A stretch of 64,000 nt of DNA. It comes from Podarcis muralis. Taxonomy: Eukaryota. The stretch covers positions 26,350,001 through 26,414,000 of the forward strand of contig NC_135667.1 of NCBI RefSeq assembly GCF_964188315.1, in the 5' to 3' direction. The notes under the pieces are model-generated. The model saw only the letters and a program-made list of their open reading frames with translations. It did not search any database and was not told the origin of the DNA. Position numbers and translations under genes: made by a program. Below, in pieces: positions 45,462 to 56,112 of the stretch (position 1 is the first letter of the stretch; each line of letters starts with the position of its first letter).

Positions 45462-46095
45462 TGTTACCGTAGTCAAAGTTCAGTCCTGAGTCACTAGCCT
45501 GGAAATAGTTCACAAGGTGCGAGGCGAGGTCCGAAGCAGGGAGCCGGGCGGGGACAGGAACACTCGAAGATCAGGAGCAGGAGGCTGGGCGGGGAACAGG
45601 AACGCTGGAAGGTCAGAAGCAGGAAGCCGGGCGGGGAACAGGAACACTGGAAGAACAGGACTGGATGCTGGCCGAAACAGCTCTTCAATGATGACGTTGC
45701 TCCCGCAACCTGGGACTGGGCTGACTGGCCTTTATCTTCTCTGAGGCCAGGGGCGGTCCCGGCCCCCAGGAGCCCCGCCTCTCCTGGCCTTAAGGCGAGC
45801 ACTCCTTCTGGGAGAAACCAGTTCCCTTCGCCTCTCTGCCCTAAGCCTCTGCAGTTCAGGAGAGGCTGAAGGGTTACTGGGCCCGGGGGGAGACTCACCT
45901 GTAGGCACTGAGTCCTCAACCACCTCTGGAGCCAGAATGGATTCACCTGGTGCCTGCTCCTGAGGATCCGGCACAGGTGCAGGCTCCTCAGAATCAAGGC
46001 CCTGCCCCAGTTCAGCCGGCCCTGGAGGCGGGGACTCCTGTGCCGGCTGGGATTCCTCCGGTTCACTCTCAGAATCGGAATCCCAGGCCATCACA
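45462..46095 (-). mobile_element. Gypsy-like solo LTR (634 bp)
   Basis: Minus strand TGTG...TAACA termini; GATAAAGG TATA-like element; three ~41 bp internal repeats with GGGCGG (45546-45655); no clean TSD. Confidence 0.7.
45732..46091 (-). CDS. LTR-embedded ORF, 119 aa, acidic/Pro-rich with a basic C-terminus (function unknown)
   Basis: MAWDSDSESEPEES...PELQRLRAERRRELVSPRRSARLKARR...; ATG at LTR position 5; no internal stops. Confidence 0.4.
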   Translation of the reverse strand: MAWDSDSESEPEESQPAQESPPPGPAELGQGLDSEEPAPVPDPQEQAPGESILAPEVVEDSVPTGESPPGPSNPSASPELQRLRAERRRELVSPRRSARLKARRGGAPGGRDRPWPQRR

Positions 46096-47517
46096 TTCAC
46101 CCTCTCTACCATACCTTTGTTTAATGTTTCTTGTTTGGAGGTTAACTTTTTCTTCCTGTCTAGCAGGCGCTGCTACAGTCTATGGCTGGTTGCTGTTGAA
46201 GGACAGGAATAAATTTTCCTGCATTGGCAGGTTTTGTCTTCCCCGTAGCAATTTGTCGCAACTTTGGCAGTTATGGCCTTGGGTGGAATCCTTTAGTCTT
46301 TTCTTCCCTATATCGGGGGGGGGGGGCGTGAAGTAGTGACTCACCCCCCTGCATCAGTGATTCCAGGGTCCCCTCTTAAAGGGGTTATATATATGGGTGT
46401 CACCGGCCATACACTGAAAGGTCATCAGTGAACTACCCTGCATGTGGGGATATGGGCTGGGCTGCCTGCTACACTTATGTCTCGCAGAATACCCCCATAT
46501 CCCATTTTCCCTGATGTGCCCCAGTTTCCCCCAGCTGGGGGGCTGTGAGGGATACATGCCCAAGGCCTAAGCCAAGGTCTTCCTACATTTGGAAATTTAA
46601 TAAAGTTGTGGCCTAACTTCAATTCCATATAAAGTTTACAGAGTCATTATTACTTCCTTATGATCGCTGGGGGCTGGGGCTGTTGCCACCTGGTCACACA
46701 ATGATGTCCATTCAATAACTGGCATAGTTTGCTCCCTTTTATTTTCATCCCATTGTCTCCAATGAGAAGGAGACTTCCTTTAAAATCCTCCACTAAATAT
46801 CAGGAAAGGTGCTTTCATTTTCATCTTTGCAGCAAGAGTCCAGAAGGATATTGGATAAGGTAAACAGGCTCCACCCTTTCCCTCATACTTGGACTGTAAC
46901 CTAAGAAAGTCAACATTTTCAGAAGAGTTTGCTGCTAATGTTTTGTTTCACCCCACACTAATCATTGTAGAATGTCAAGCTCGCTAATCGTATTTGGTGA
47001 AATGCTCCCCACCCCCTTCGCTACTCACAAATAGTATGAATAACTTCAAGATACCCTTTTCCCCTCAACCCTACTTTGATGATCAGAAATGGAATTTTTG
47101 CAGGACCTCAAACACAATACTTTCTAAAGAAGTTATTTTACTATGAGCCATGGTTTGGTGCATAATGGCGTGTTATCGAGTGATGTGTACAGGTGCACAT
47201 CTTGCTTTATGTTTGAGAATCATTACGTTAGGGCACGCATCCCAAATATTGTTGTGCTGTCATTGTTCTTTCACAAGATATTGAAGATCCAGAATTCCTC
47301 AGATTTTGTATCTGAATGTAAAGTGTGCATGTGCGTTCATCTTTCAGTCAACCCTTAGGCTGGTTTGCTTAATGTGTGCCAGTTACTGTGGGTTTCAATA
47401 CTGAAGGAAGTGCTTGCAGGTTTCAGCCAAGGGAGCTTCGTGTATTTTTTAATGGAAAGACAAAACATTTATTTATTTAGACTGAAATCCTATTTTTAAA
47501 AAATATATGGGAATAAA

Positions 47518-47670
47518 TCATAGACTCCAAGAACTACAGAGTTAGAAAGGACCATGAGAGTCATCCAGTTCAACCCCTTGCAATGTAGGAATCTTTTGCC
47601 TGATGTGGGACTTGAACCTGCCACAATCCTGAGATTAAGAGTCTCATGCTCTACCAACATAACTATGCAC
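47518..47670 (-). mobile_element. tRNA-Lys(CTT)-derived SINE with CR1 3' tail, degenerate
   Basis: 47598-47670 matches the reverse complement of tRNA-Lys (CCTGAGATTAAGAGTCTCATGCTCTACC); 47518-47590 is a CR1 terminus. Confidence 0.75.
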
Positions 47671-48031
47671 AGGACTCTAAAGTCTGTTGACTCTAACGAG
47701 TTCTACTTCTAAGCAGATATGTATGGTAAAATTGCAAAGGGTTACAGCTGAAGAATGGCTGCATGGAAAGCACAGAACATTGCTGTTTTACAGTGACACT
47801 GAAAATTTAAGCACATTGAACTTAATACATTATAATTTGATTCACCTTAGAGGTGGGAATCGCTTTCTCTGTCAAGAGTGACATTTCTTCAGGGGTAATC
47901 TGTCATAGCCCCCCCCCCCCATATGTTGGAGCCCCCACTTGTTTCTGGAATCTTCTCCTTCAATATCTGTAATCTCTCCTTGCCATTGAAATGTATTTGG
48001 TGTAAGAAAGCAATGCTACTATTTTGTAGTA

Positions 48032-48961
48032 TCACATTTTTCTACCCAGCAATTTTCTCAGGGACACTTTCACTTCCCTGTTTCTCAGGCTATATATGAT
48101 TGGGTTACACATAGGAACTAAAATGGTATAGAACAAGGAAAGCAACTTATTAATGTCTTCTGTCTCCTTTGACCTAGGACTCAAATATACAATAGTTGCT
48201 GAGCCATAAAAGAGAGATACGACAATAAGGTGTGAGGAGCAAGTGGAGAACACTTTCTTCCGACCGTCTGCTGAAGGCATCTTCAGAATAGCAGAAATTA
48301 TTTTCACATAAGAAGCAAAGATAAGGGAAAAAGGGATGATCAAGAAAACTACGGCAGCTGCAAACACAATTAACTGGTTAACATTGGTGTCAGCGCAGGC
48401 CAGATCAAGCAGTGGGGGTACATCACAGAATAAGTTATTAATTTCATGAGAGTCACAAAAGGGCAAGGTGAACACTAGATATATTTGCCCTGCATGTATG
48501 GACATGTTGACAACCAATGATCCAGTGATGAGTACCAAACAGAATTGCTTGTTCATGATGAGCATATAATGCAAGGGGTTACATATGGCTACATATCGGT
48601 CATAAGCCATGGCAGTCAATAGGAAACACTCTGTGCCTCCTAGTATAAGTAGGAAGTAGATCTGGGTAGCACAGCCAATGAATGAAATGTTGCTCTTTTC
48701 TGCCACTACATTGGCCGCCATATTCGGCACAGTGACTGAGGTGTAGCAGATCTCCAGGAAAGACAGGTTCCTCAAAAAGAAATACATAGGAGTGTGAAGG
48801 GCAGGGTCGGATATTGTAACATAAATGATTAGTCCATTTCCAATTAGAATGCCTGAATATGTGATCAGGAACACAGAAAAGAGCAAACCTTGGAGATCTG
48901 GGAGATTTGAGTATCCAAGGAGAATGAAGTCAGAAAACGCAGTGTGATTATCTCGTGCCAT
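48032..48961 (-). CDS. Olfactory receptor, OR10AG-like, 309 aa, intact
   Basis: LHTPMYFFLRNLS, MAYDRYVAIC, STCSSH and NPIIYSLRN motifs; acceptor CTCTTCAG| 17 nt upstream of the ATG. Confidence 0.96.
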   Translation of the reverse strand: MARDNHTAFSDFILLGYSNLPDLQGLLFSVFLITYSGILIGNGLIIYVTISDPALHTPMYFFLRNLSFLEICYTSVTVPNMAANVVAEKSNISFIGCATQIYFLLILGGTECFLLTAMAYDRYVAICNPLHYMLIMNKQFCLVLITGSLVVNMSIHAGQIYLVFTLPFCDSHEINNLFCDVPPLLDLACADTNVNQLIVFAAAVVFLIIPFSLIFASYVKIISAILKMPSADGRKKVFSTCSSHLIVVSLFYGSATIVYLSPRSKETEDINKLLSLFYTILVPMCNPIIYSLRNREVKVSLRKLLGRKM

Positions 48962-50299
48962 ATTTGGATCCCTTTAGTCTGAAGAGATGAGAATGACAGA
49001 AAAAAGAATCAGTCAGCCCAAACAGAATTGTTTTACAGTTCCCTTTATCAAAACCTCAGCTACTACAAAGTCCATATTAATCATTTTTGATTAATATGAT
49101 TTATCAATCATTGTGTCATGTAAGCCCAGAAACAAAATTCATGCCCACACTCAAGTATTTGCTGAAGTGGCCATTCTCTGCATCCTGACATAGGTGCATG
49201 CTAGGCTAACCCGCAGTGGTAAAAATGCTTCTTTCTGTAAGCCCCAGTTGTTCATTCCATCTTCCCTATTTTTAGCTCTCATCCCCATGCCACATGAAAA
49301 TAATTTTGTTCCTGGTGGCTTTCCATTAAGTTTAGGACATTCGGCTGATTGTGTTTTAGTTACCTGCCATGCTTTTGTGGCTGTTGGTATGGTTGAATGT
49401 ATTTAACTGCTTTACTGTTGATTGTTTTACTGTGTCTTGAATGTTATTAGTTCATCTCAGGACTGTGTTGCTAAGTAGAAAGTTTAGCTATAAAGCATCT
49501 GAATAAATAATCCTGTACTAGGAATTCTGACATATCATGCTTTATCTGATTATTTGATCACAAAACTGAGGATTTTTTTATGCTGAGGTCTTGTAAGCTT
49601 CATGGGTTGTGCAGATTCAATCTTTCTATGTGTACATTCTGTACATTGGCTTCCACACAATCCCATTTTATCAGTCTTGGGAATCCATATTCTAACACAG
49701 AAAAAAGTTCCATTCTCCAGAACAGAACAAAATTTCACATAGACAGGGCTAAGATAAATTGCTCAATTATGAGTTTACAAAATGAACATTATTAATATTG
49801 CATTCCTCTTTATATAATTAAATATTTCAAATATTTATTTTAATTGGCATTTGACCCAAGAACAGAATATATGCCTTAGATTATTCATTGCTATTCTGTC
49901 ACTTGCCATCCAAAACAGTGTCTGGAGGTCTGTAGATGCTGTACAGATTTATTCATTTTTCTTTTGTTCCCACTGTCACTCCTACACTACTTTCCGATTT
50001 CTTCTTCTCTTGTGCATGCAAGTATTTCCTGCACCCTTAAAAATAAAAGGGGCAACATGCAACAATAAATGTTACAAGACCAGCCTTAGGTCACAATCCA
50101 AACTTCAGATGCTTCTTGGTTGGGCTTTACATGATGGCAGGGATTAATGGAGCCACGGCTGCATCTGCAGCCCTGACAAGAGTTGCTGTAGGAGTTGGAT
50201 CCAAACTGGGCCTGTGTCAGGGGCTGGTCTGAATTGGAAGATGGGGGAATGCAATTGCAGGAAGATCAGCTTCTAACAGGAGGGAACATATTCGCTCCC

Positions 50300-50848
50300 A
50301 CTGCTTATGCTGTCCACCACATTGCTATGGCATTGCTACATATATTTCCTAAGGAAGTATGGTTTAGAAATATCTAAATAACTGAAGTGGCAGCCTGGAT
50401 GGAGGTAGCTAAAAATTCGAAATTAGAGAAAGTGTAAACAATTGATGCTTGGTCAAATAGATAAAACAATAGCAAAGAAATTGTTTTTTACACTGAAACT
50501 AGTCAAAGGAAAATCTAAGCTACTGGACTTTCATGTGGTCTGGCGTCCACTTAGGGCTTATATCCCAATGTGTGAACAACAGCTGAATATGTCACAAGCT
50601 TTCCTTCAACTATGGAATGAACCATGATGTTTCCTTGCTTGCTTTGACATATAAAAGACTCAATTTTCTACCCATATCCAGATTGGTAAAATAGACAAGA
50701 GAAGTATAATTACACTAAGTGATTCATTTAGAATGAGGGAACAGTGGCAGGGTGTTTCTTATCCCTGTTTGTATTATTCTGCTGTTCTTTCTACCCCAAT
50801 CTATGTATTTTAGAAATATTTTTTATAATAAAGTCAAAATAAATAAAC
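50300..50848 (+). mobile_element. Highly degenerate L1/Tx1-type 3' fragment
   Basis: TLKLVKGKSKLLDFHVVWRPLRAYI resembles an L1 ORF2 end; A-rich terminus near 50820-50848. Confidence 0.4.
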
Positions 50849-51599
50849 CATCATGACAACTAGTTTTTGAATCAACTGCTTCAATCTGCTGAACTGGCAT
50901 TGTTACAGGTGTTACAAAATACAAATTGTTTTAACTACTTTTAAAAAGGGAATATCATGCTTTTGGCTATGTTCGGTCTTAGTTATAGTTCTGGTTTAAT
51001 TCTGAACTGGATGTTTCTTTCTTTTAATATTTGCTGGAAGACTGTTTTATTAATTTGTTTCTGATTGTGTGGCATATTGGCGTTCTATGGAAGATGCCTT
51101 AAGAGAGTCTTTTCACTTAAGGGAAGCATATAAATGTTTTAAATAGATAGATAAATAAATATTTAGTTCTGTGAGCTCTATGCCCAGAGAAATGTGCATA
51201 CGTTTGGAAGCTTGAAGAACACAACAGAAGGAATCTACTTGTCTATAAGTTATGTGAAATGGAAAAGAAAAGAAAGACTCAGAGTGATTGAAAACACTTC
51301 TGAAACCCTGATGCAAATATACAGTTAAGCAGAACAAAAGTATCATCTTACCTGTGTTGTGAGTAAAGAGTTTCATTTCAACATTTTATTTCCTTGAGGG
51401 TCCATAAGAATGCATCATTTTGCTCAAAGAGAAAAGCAACTCATTCTGAATGTACATTTTACAAACCAACCATTTAGATATTTTAAATACATTTGACAGT
51501 TATGTTAATCCAAAGGGATAAGTTTGAGAAAGACACTTAAAAATGATATGCAATTATATATTTGTATACATACACATATTTAGAAATGCAATTGTGGGT

Positions 51600-51990
51600 G
51601 TTATCTAGGGAAATTGTCTCAACTGTAATGGACTTTCATTAGAAAACGTCTAATTAAATTTTGGCAATAGGAAGCGGTTTCTTTAGGTAACTTTTCCTGA
51701 AAACTCTAACTCTGATGTGAGAAATCTAGGAGCCTTGATATAGGTTACCCGGAAGTAAGGGTACACATACGTTTGTAATCATGTCAATTTTCAAAGCAAA
51801 TTAAATAGCCTTAAAAGAAATGTGCTTCACCTATTCAAACACCCTCCCATCAACTTCCCATGGGAATAATTCCAGGAGAAAGAGAGAGGCAGACAATGAC
51901 CACCTCAGAGCTTCTTCCAGCTAAACTACCCTCCCTCAACAACACACAGGACCATGTACCATCAACTGTCCAGTGAGAATTATTCCAGGA
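51600..51990. promoter_or_regulatory. Cluster of homeodomain (Lhx2-type) and O/E (EBF) sites; candidate promoter or enhancer for the OR at 48961
   Basis: TTCATTAG (51635, =CTAATGAA), CTAATTA (51650), palindromic TCCCATGGGA (51856-51865) abutting ATAATT, AATTATTCCAGGAG (~51975); minus-strand donor CAG|GTAAGA at 51351. Confidence 0.5.
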
Positions 51991-52064
51991 GGCAAAAGGC
52001 CACCCCAGAGACTGCTTCAGTGGAACTTCCTTCTTTCCCCCTCACAGGTCTATTTCTATAAAAT

Positions 52065-52290
52065 GTCAAAATGAGAGTACCCCTAAACATTTTTTATATA
52101 TATAGAAAAAAGCACTGAGTAAATCCATCCATCAATCTCCCACAAATGTCTCCATGAAGGAGGTGTTTGGTGAGAATGAGAGTCAAAATGAGAGTACCCC
52201 TAAACATTTTTTATATATATAGAAAAAAGCACTGAGTAAATCCATCCATCAATCTCCCACAAATGTCTCCATGAAGGAGGTGTTTGGTGA
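52065..52290. repeat. Perfect 109 bp direct duplication with 8 bp spacer
   Basis: 52065-52173 equals 52182-52290; spacer GAATGAGA. Confidence 0.95.
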
Positions 52291-52636
52291 ACCATCACAG
52301 GAGATGAATGATAAAACTGAAAGGGCCCTTTCTGCCCACATCAAACTCTGTTTTATTGCAATTCCTCTTTATATTTTAATCAGCAACAATTTTATTTGTT
52401 ATTGTTCTTTGCTGCTTTAGGAACCCTTGGTGGAAAGACAAGCCATTGAGTTGTGTAGCTTACTGAGAAACAATGGGTATGGAAAGGTCACAAATCATAT
52501 TGCCAGAAGCAGGGAAGTGGTAGAGGCATTGCAAGGGATAGGGGAGTGAAAAACAGTTGCTAAAGTGCCCAACAAGTTTAATTGTTGGCTGTCACTTTTG
52601 GGGGGAAGGGAGGGAAGAAGAAGTATAAATTTCAGG

Positions 52637-52772
52637 TAGGATTGCCATATTTTGAGGAGCAAAAAAGAGGACACATTTGCCGACTTCAACTTTTAACTAT
52701 GGATCGCTATGACGACTCTACCCATGAAAAAGAGGATGTGGCCTGGAAAAAAGAGGACATATGGCAACCCTA
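52637..52772. mobile_element. 136 bp MITE with TAGGGTTGCCATAT-type TIRs (hAT-like)
   Basis: TAGGATTGCCATAT ... ATATGGCAACCCTA (13/14 inverted match); TSD not recognisable. Confidence 0.75.
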
Positions 52773-52920
52773 ATCTTCCTTATTATCAGCTGAAAAAAAT
52801 ATACCATTATGGCTTTCTAAAATTTAGGATGCTATTATGCCGCCCCAGATGATGAAAATTTTATTTTCTGAAACTGTTTTGGCGACAACAAAATATTTTT
52901 AGTACATTCAAAACATTGTA

Positions 52921-53850
52921 TCACATTTTTTTCCTCAGCAATTTCATCAGGGAAGCCTTCACTTCCCTGTTTCTCAGGCTATATATGATTGGGTTAAACA
53001 TAGGAACTAAAATGGTATACAACAAGGAAAGCGACTTATTAATGTCTTCTGTCTCCTTTGACCTAGGACTCAAATATACAATAGTTGCTGAGCCATAAAA
53101 GAGAGATACCACAATGATGTGTGAGGAACAAGTAGAAAACACTTTCTTCCGACTTTCCGCTGAAGGCATCTTCAGAATAGCAGAGATTATTTTGACATAA
53201 GAGGCAAGGATAAGGAAAAAGGGCATGATTACCAAAAGCATGGCAGCTACAAACACACTTGTTTTATTAATGTTGGTATCAGCACAGGCTAACTCAAGCA
53301 ATGGGGGGATATCGCAGAATAAACTGTTGATTTCACGAGAGTCACAAAAGGGCAGAATGAACACTAGATAGGTCTGTCCTACGTGTATTGGCATATTGAC
53401 AGCCAATGCTCCAGCAATGAGACCTAAACAGAATTGTTTGCTCATGATGAGTTTATAATGTAAAGGGTTACAGATGGCCACATATCGGTCGTAAGCCATG
53501 GCAGCGAGAAGCAAGCACTCAGTGCCTCCTAGTAAAAGCAAGAAATAGATCTGGGCAGCACAGCCATAGAATGAAATGCCCTTGTTTTCCACAATGAAAT
53601 TGACCAGCATCTTTGGAAGGGTGACTGAGGTGTAGCAGATCTCCAGAAAAGACAGGTTCTTCAAGAAGAAATACATAGGGGTGTGAAGGGCAAGGTCAGT
53701 TTCAGTAATGCAGATGATTAGTCCATTTCCTATCAGAATTTCTGTATAGATGAATAGGAACACCAGAAAGAGCAAACCTTGGAGATCTGGGAGATCTGAG
53801 TATCCAAGGAGAATGAAGTCAGAAAATGCAGTGTGATTTTCTTGTGCCAT
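52921..53850 (-). CDS. Olfactory receptor, OR10AG-like, 309 aa, intact; paralogue of 48032-48961
   Basis: Start MAQENHT after acceptor CTCTTTAG|ACCAAAT; same 930 nt length as its paralogue; OR motifs intact. Confidence 0.96.
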   Translation of the reverse strand: MAQENHTAFSDFILLGYSDLPDLQGLLFLVFLFIYTEILIGNGLIICITETDLALHTPMYFFLKNLSFLEICYTSVTLPKMLVNFIVENKGISFYGCAAQIYFLLLLGGTECLLLAAMAYDRYVAICNPLHYKLIMSKQFCLGLIAGALAVNMPIHVGQTYLVFILPFCDSREINSLFCDIPPLLELACADTNINKTSVFVAAMLLVIMPFFLILASYVKIISAILKMPSAESRKKVFSTCSSHIIVVSLFYGSATIVYLSPRSKETEDINKSLSLLYTILVPMFNPIIYSLRNREVKASLMKLLRKKM

Positions 53851-54612
53851 ATTTGGTCTAAAGAGATAGTCATGACAGAGAAGACACATTAACCAGTGCA
53901 AGCAAAATTTCTATATACTTCCCCTACTCACATATTGTTTTCTTCAAAGCTGCCAGCATAGGGATGCAGAACCTGTGGCTCTTCAGATGTTGTTGTACTC
54001 CAGGTCCTATCAGCACGAACCACTATGAGCAAATGTCAAGGAAGATGGGAACTGGAGTTCAACAGCATCAAGAGTGTGTGTGTGTGCAGCTTTCCCATTC
54101 CTTTGCTAGAGTGTTCAGACTTATTTATTATTTTATGATGTAGGCCTATATAGAAAATCCATGCCCACACCCTAAAATCTGGTGTAGAGGCTCTTCTCCC
54201 CATCCTAATGTAAGTGGGTGCTGGATTGTTTTGGAGCCATGAGCAGAACTTCTGTAGCTACTCCCTGGTTTTTCAACTGCTCCTCGCTGCTGCCCTATAT
54301 ATTTTTTACTTTCTACTACCTGGCTAAGTGAAGAGAATGCAGTTTAGGTTGGCTTTTCATTAGGTTTGGCATTTTATGCTGATTCTGTTTTAGTTATCTG
54401 CTTGGCTGTTTATGTTTTGGGGAATTTAACTGATCCGTTTATCATTGTTTTACTGTATGTCTGAATTTTGTTACCCACCTTGATCACCATGGTGGTAAGA
54501 GGCTTTTCTGTAGCCCAATAATGAATGTTGGAAACATTATGCTTTTATCTGTTAGTGGTCATACCTAGGGGTTGGCTAGGCTGGCCACTGCCAAGGGCGC
54601 AGTTCTGGTGTG

Positions 54613-54792
54613 CAGTGGCGTAGCGTGGGTTGTCAGCACCCGGGGCAAGGCAAGTAATTTGCGCCCCCTAACCCGTGGATTTGCGCCCCCTAACTCGTGG
54701 ATTTGCGCCCCCTAACCCGTGGATTTGCCCTAACCCCAGATGTTGCGCCCGGTGCGGCCGGCCCCCCCTGCACCCCCCATGCTACGCCACTG
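54613..54792. mobile_element. hAT MITE (180 bp) with an internal 22 bp tandem repeat
   Basis: TIR CAGTGGCGTAGCGTGGG / CCCATGCTACGCCACTG (16/17); perfect 8 bp TSD CTGGTGTG at 54605-54612 and 54793-54800. Confidence 0.92.
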
Positions 54793-54817
54793 CTGGTGTG
54801 TGTGCCAAAATCAAAGT

Positions 54818-55000
54818 ATCACAGAACTATAGAATTATAAAAGTCGGGAGTGACCTTGGAAGTAACCTTGGAGGTCATTTGTTTCAACCTTCTGCTCAGT
54901 GCAGGAGGTACAATGTAGAATGCACAATGAAGGATACAAGTGCAGAATCCCTGAGAGATGGTTGCCCAGCCTCTGTTTAAAATGATGACAAAGCTAGGTG
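54818..55000 (-). mobile_element. CR1-type 3' fragment
   Basis: ATCACAGAACTATAGAAT...GGAGGTCATTTGTTTCAACCTTCTGCTCAGTGCAGGA...GATGGTTGCCCAGCCTCTGTTTAAA. Confidence 0.65.
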
Positions 55001-55924
55001 AAAATGAAATACATGAGCAAAGACCCAAGAATGCAGATGAGGGAGATGAGGGGCACCAGGAACCACATCCGAGTTCTTTAACCTGAGAGTCTGGAGAGGC
55101 AAAGTTCAATCCAGTATTGGAAATGGAGCAGGGAAGGAAATGTTATTGTAGCTACAAGAACAGCTTTGACCCTTTTAGAAATATTCCAGACCCTCTCCCT
55201 GAATGTTTAATTTTAATTTGTAAAATCATGTCTGTGGCCTTTTACTTTTGGATATTTAAGGGAAAGCATGTGGACAGGCAATTACTCCTTAAGAAATTAA
55301 CTTATTCCTCCCTTCAGGTGTACTGGCCAATGCATGCAAAATGTTCAGGTGGCCACTCACAAAGTTGCTGACCAGACCTGCCTTGCTTCAACAAGGTGGT
55401 GGACTCATGTGGCTTCACATCATATCCCAGGAGCATAAGCACTTACATATATACTTTGTAAAAAGCTATTTTCCTCCCCCCAAAAGTGATCTAGTGAAAT
55501 TACTTTAAACTTGTTAAACTACATGGATGTTTTGTTCAAAGCTTACTTGTTCCGTCTCTCTTGAGTCTCCAATCTCCACTGGCCCGTCTCACCATAAGCA
55601 TTTCCTGTTACAGACTACCCAGGAAGGATCAAAGGTAGCTCTGCTCAAATTGAAGGGAGCAGAAAGTTAGTCAGAGTCGGGGCTTTCCTACTCTGGAGTG
55701 GAAGGGAGGCAAGAGAGCAAACAGAGAATCAGTTTATCTTTGTTCTCATTATATTCACGTTTACTTGATCAGATGGGAGGTGCCAATTAGAAGCAGAAGG
55801 GAGCATATCTCTGTTGATTACATCACCTCTTTCTGTGCTATGCAATCACCACATCATGCACCAATGTCTACCTAGTCAAAAACTCAATGACATTCTTTCT
55901 AGAATGCTAGTTACTGTATGATTC

Positions 55925-56112
55925 ACTTACATACGAACATATGAAACTGCATCACACCATATTGGAACATTGGGCCCTTTAGCTCACTACAGCCTACACA
56001 GACTGGCTGTCCAGGGTCTCACATAGGAGTCTTTCCCCAGGCCTACCTGGAGATGCTGTGGTTTGAACCTCGGAGCTTTGGCCTGCATAGCATGGGCACT
56101 GAGAAACAGTCC
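55925..56112 (-). mobile_element. Squam2-type SINE, near full length, degenerate
   Basis: ACATATGAAACTGC...GGAGTCTTTCCCCAGGCCTACCTGGAGATGCTGTGGTTTGAACCTCGGA...CACTGAG is the reverse complement of Squam2. Confidence 0.7.

Larger units (their letters stand above)
45227..46700 (+). mobile_element. Unclassified LTR-like element hosting a nested Gypsy-like LTR (boundaries approximate)
   Basis: 46140-46630 is homologous to 60040-60500 (GTTAACTTTT, GGCAGGTTT...CCCGTAGCAA, AACTTTGGC, GGAATCCTTTAGTC, TTAATAAAGTTGTGGCC); possible TG...CA ends. Confidence 0.55.

Noticed and set aside
45494-46336. 190 aa and 128 aa alternative-frame ORFs in the solo LTR
   Set aside because: GC-rich shadow frames that cross element boundaries and have no motif.
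47598-47670. Functional tRNA-Lys gene (likewise the tRNA-like heads at 3605, 29903 and 57198)
   Set aside because: Broken stems and indels, and fused to LINE-derived tails; these are SINE heads.
48961-53850. 4889 bp spacing of the OR10AG-like pair matching the ~4.8 kb array period
   Set aside because: The intergenic sequences are unrelated to the array unit; treated as coincidence.
52065-54737. Repeat-spacer patterns as CRISPR-like arrays
   Set aside because: Vertebrate DNA; only 2-3 units, no unique spacers of constant length, no cas genes.
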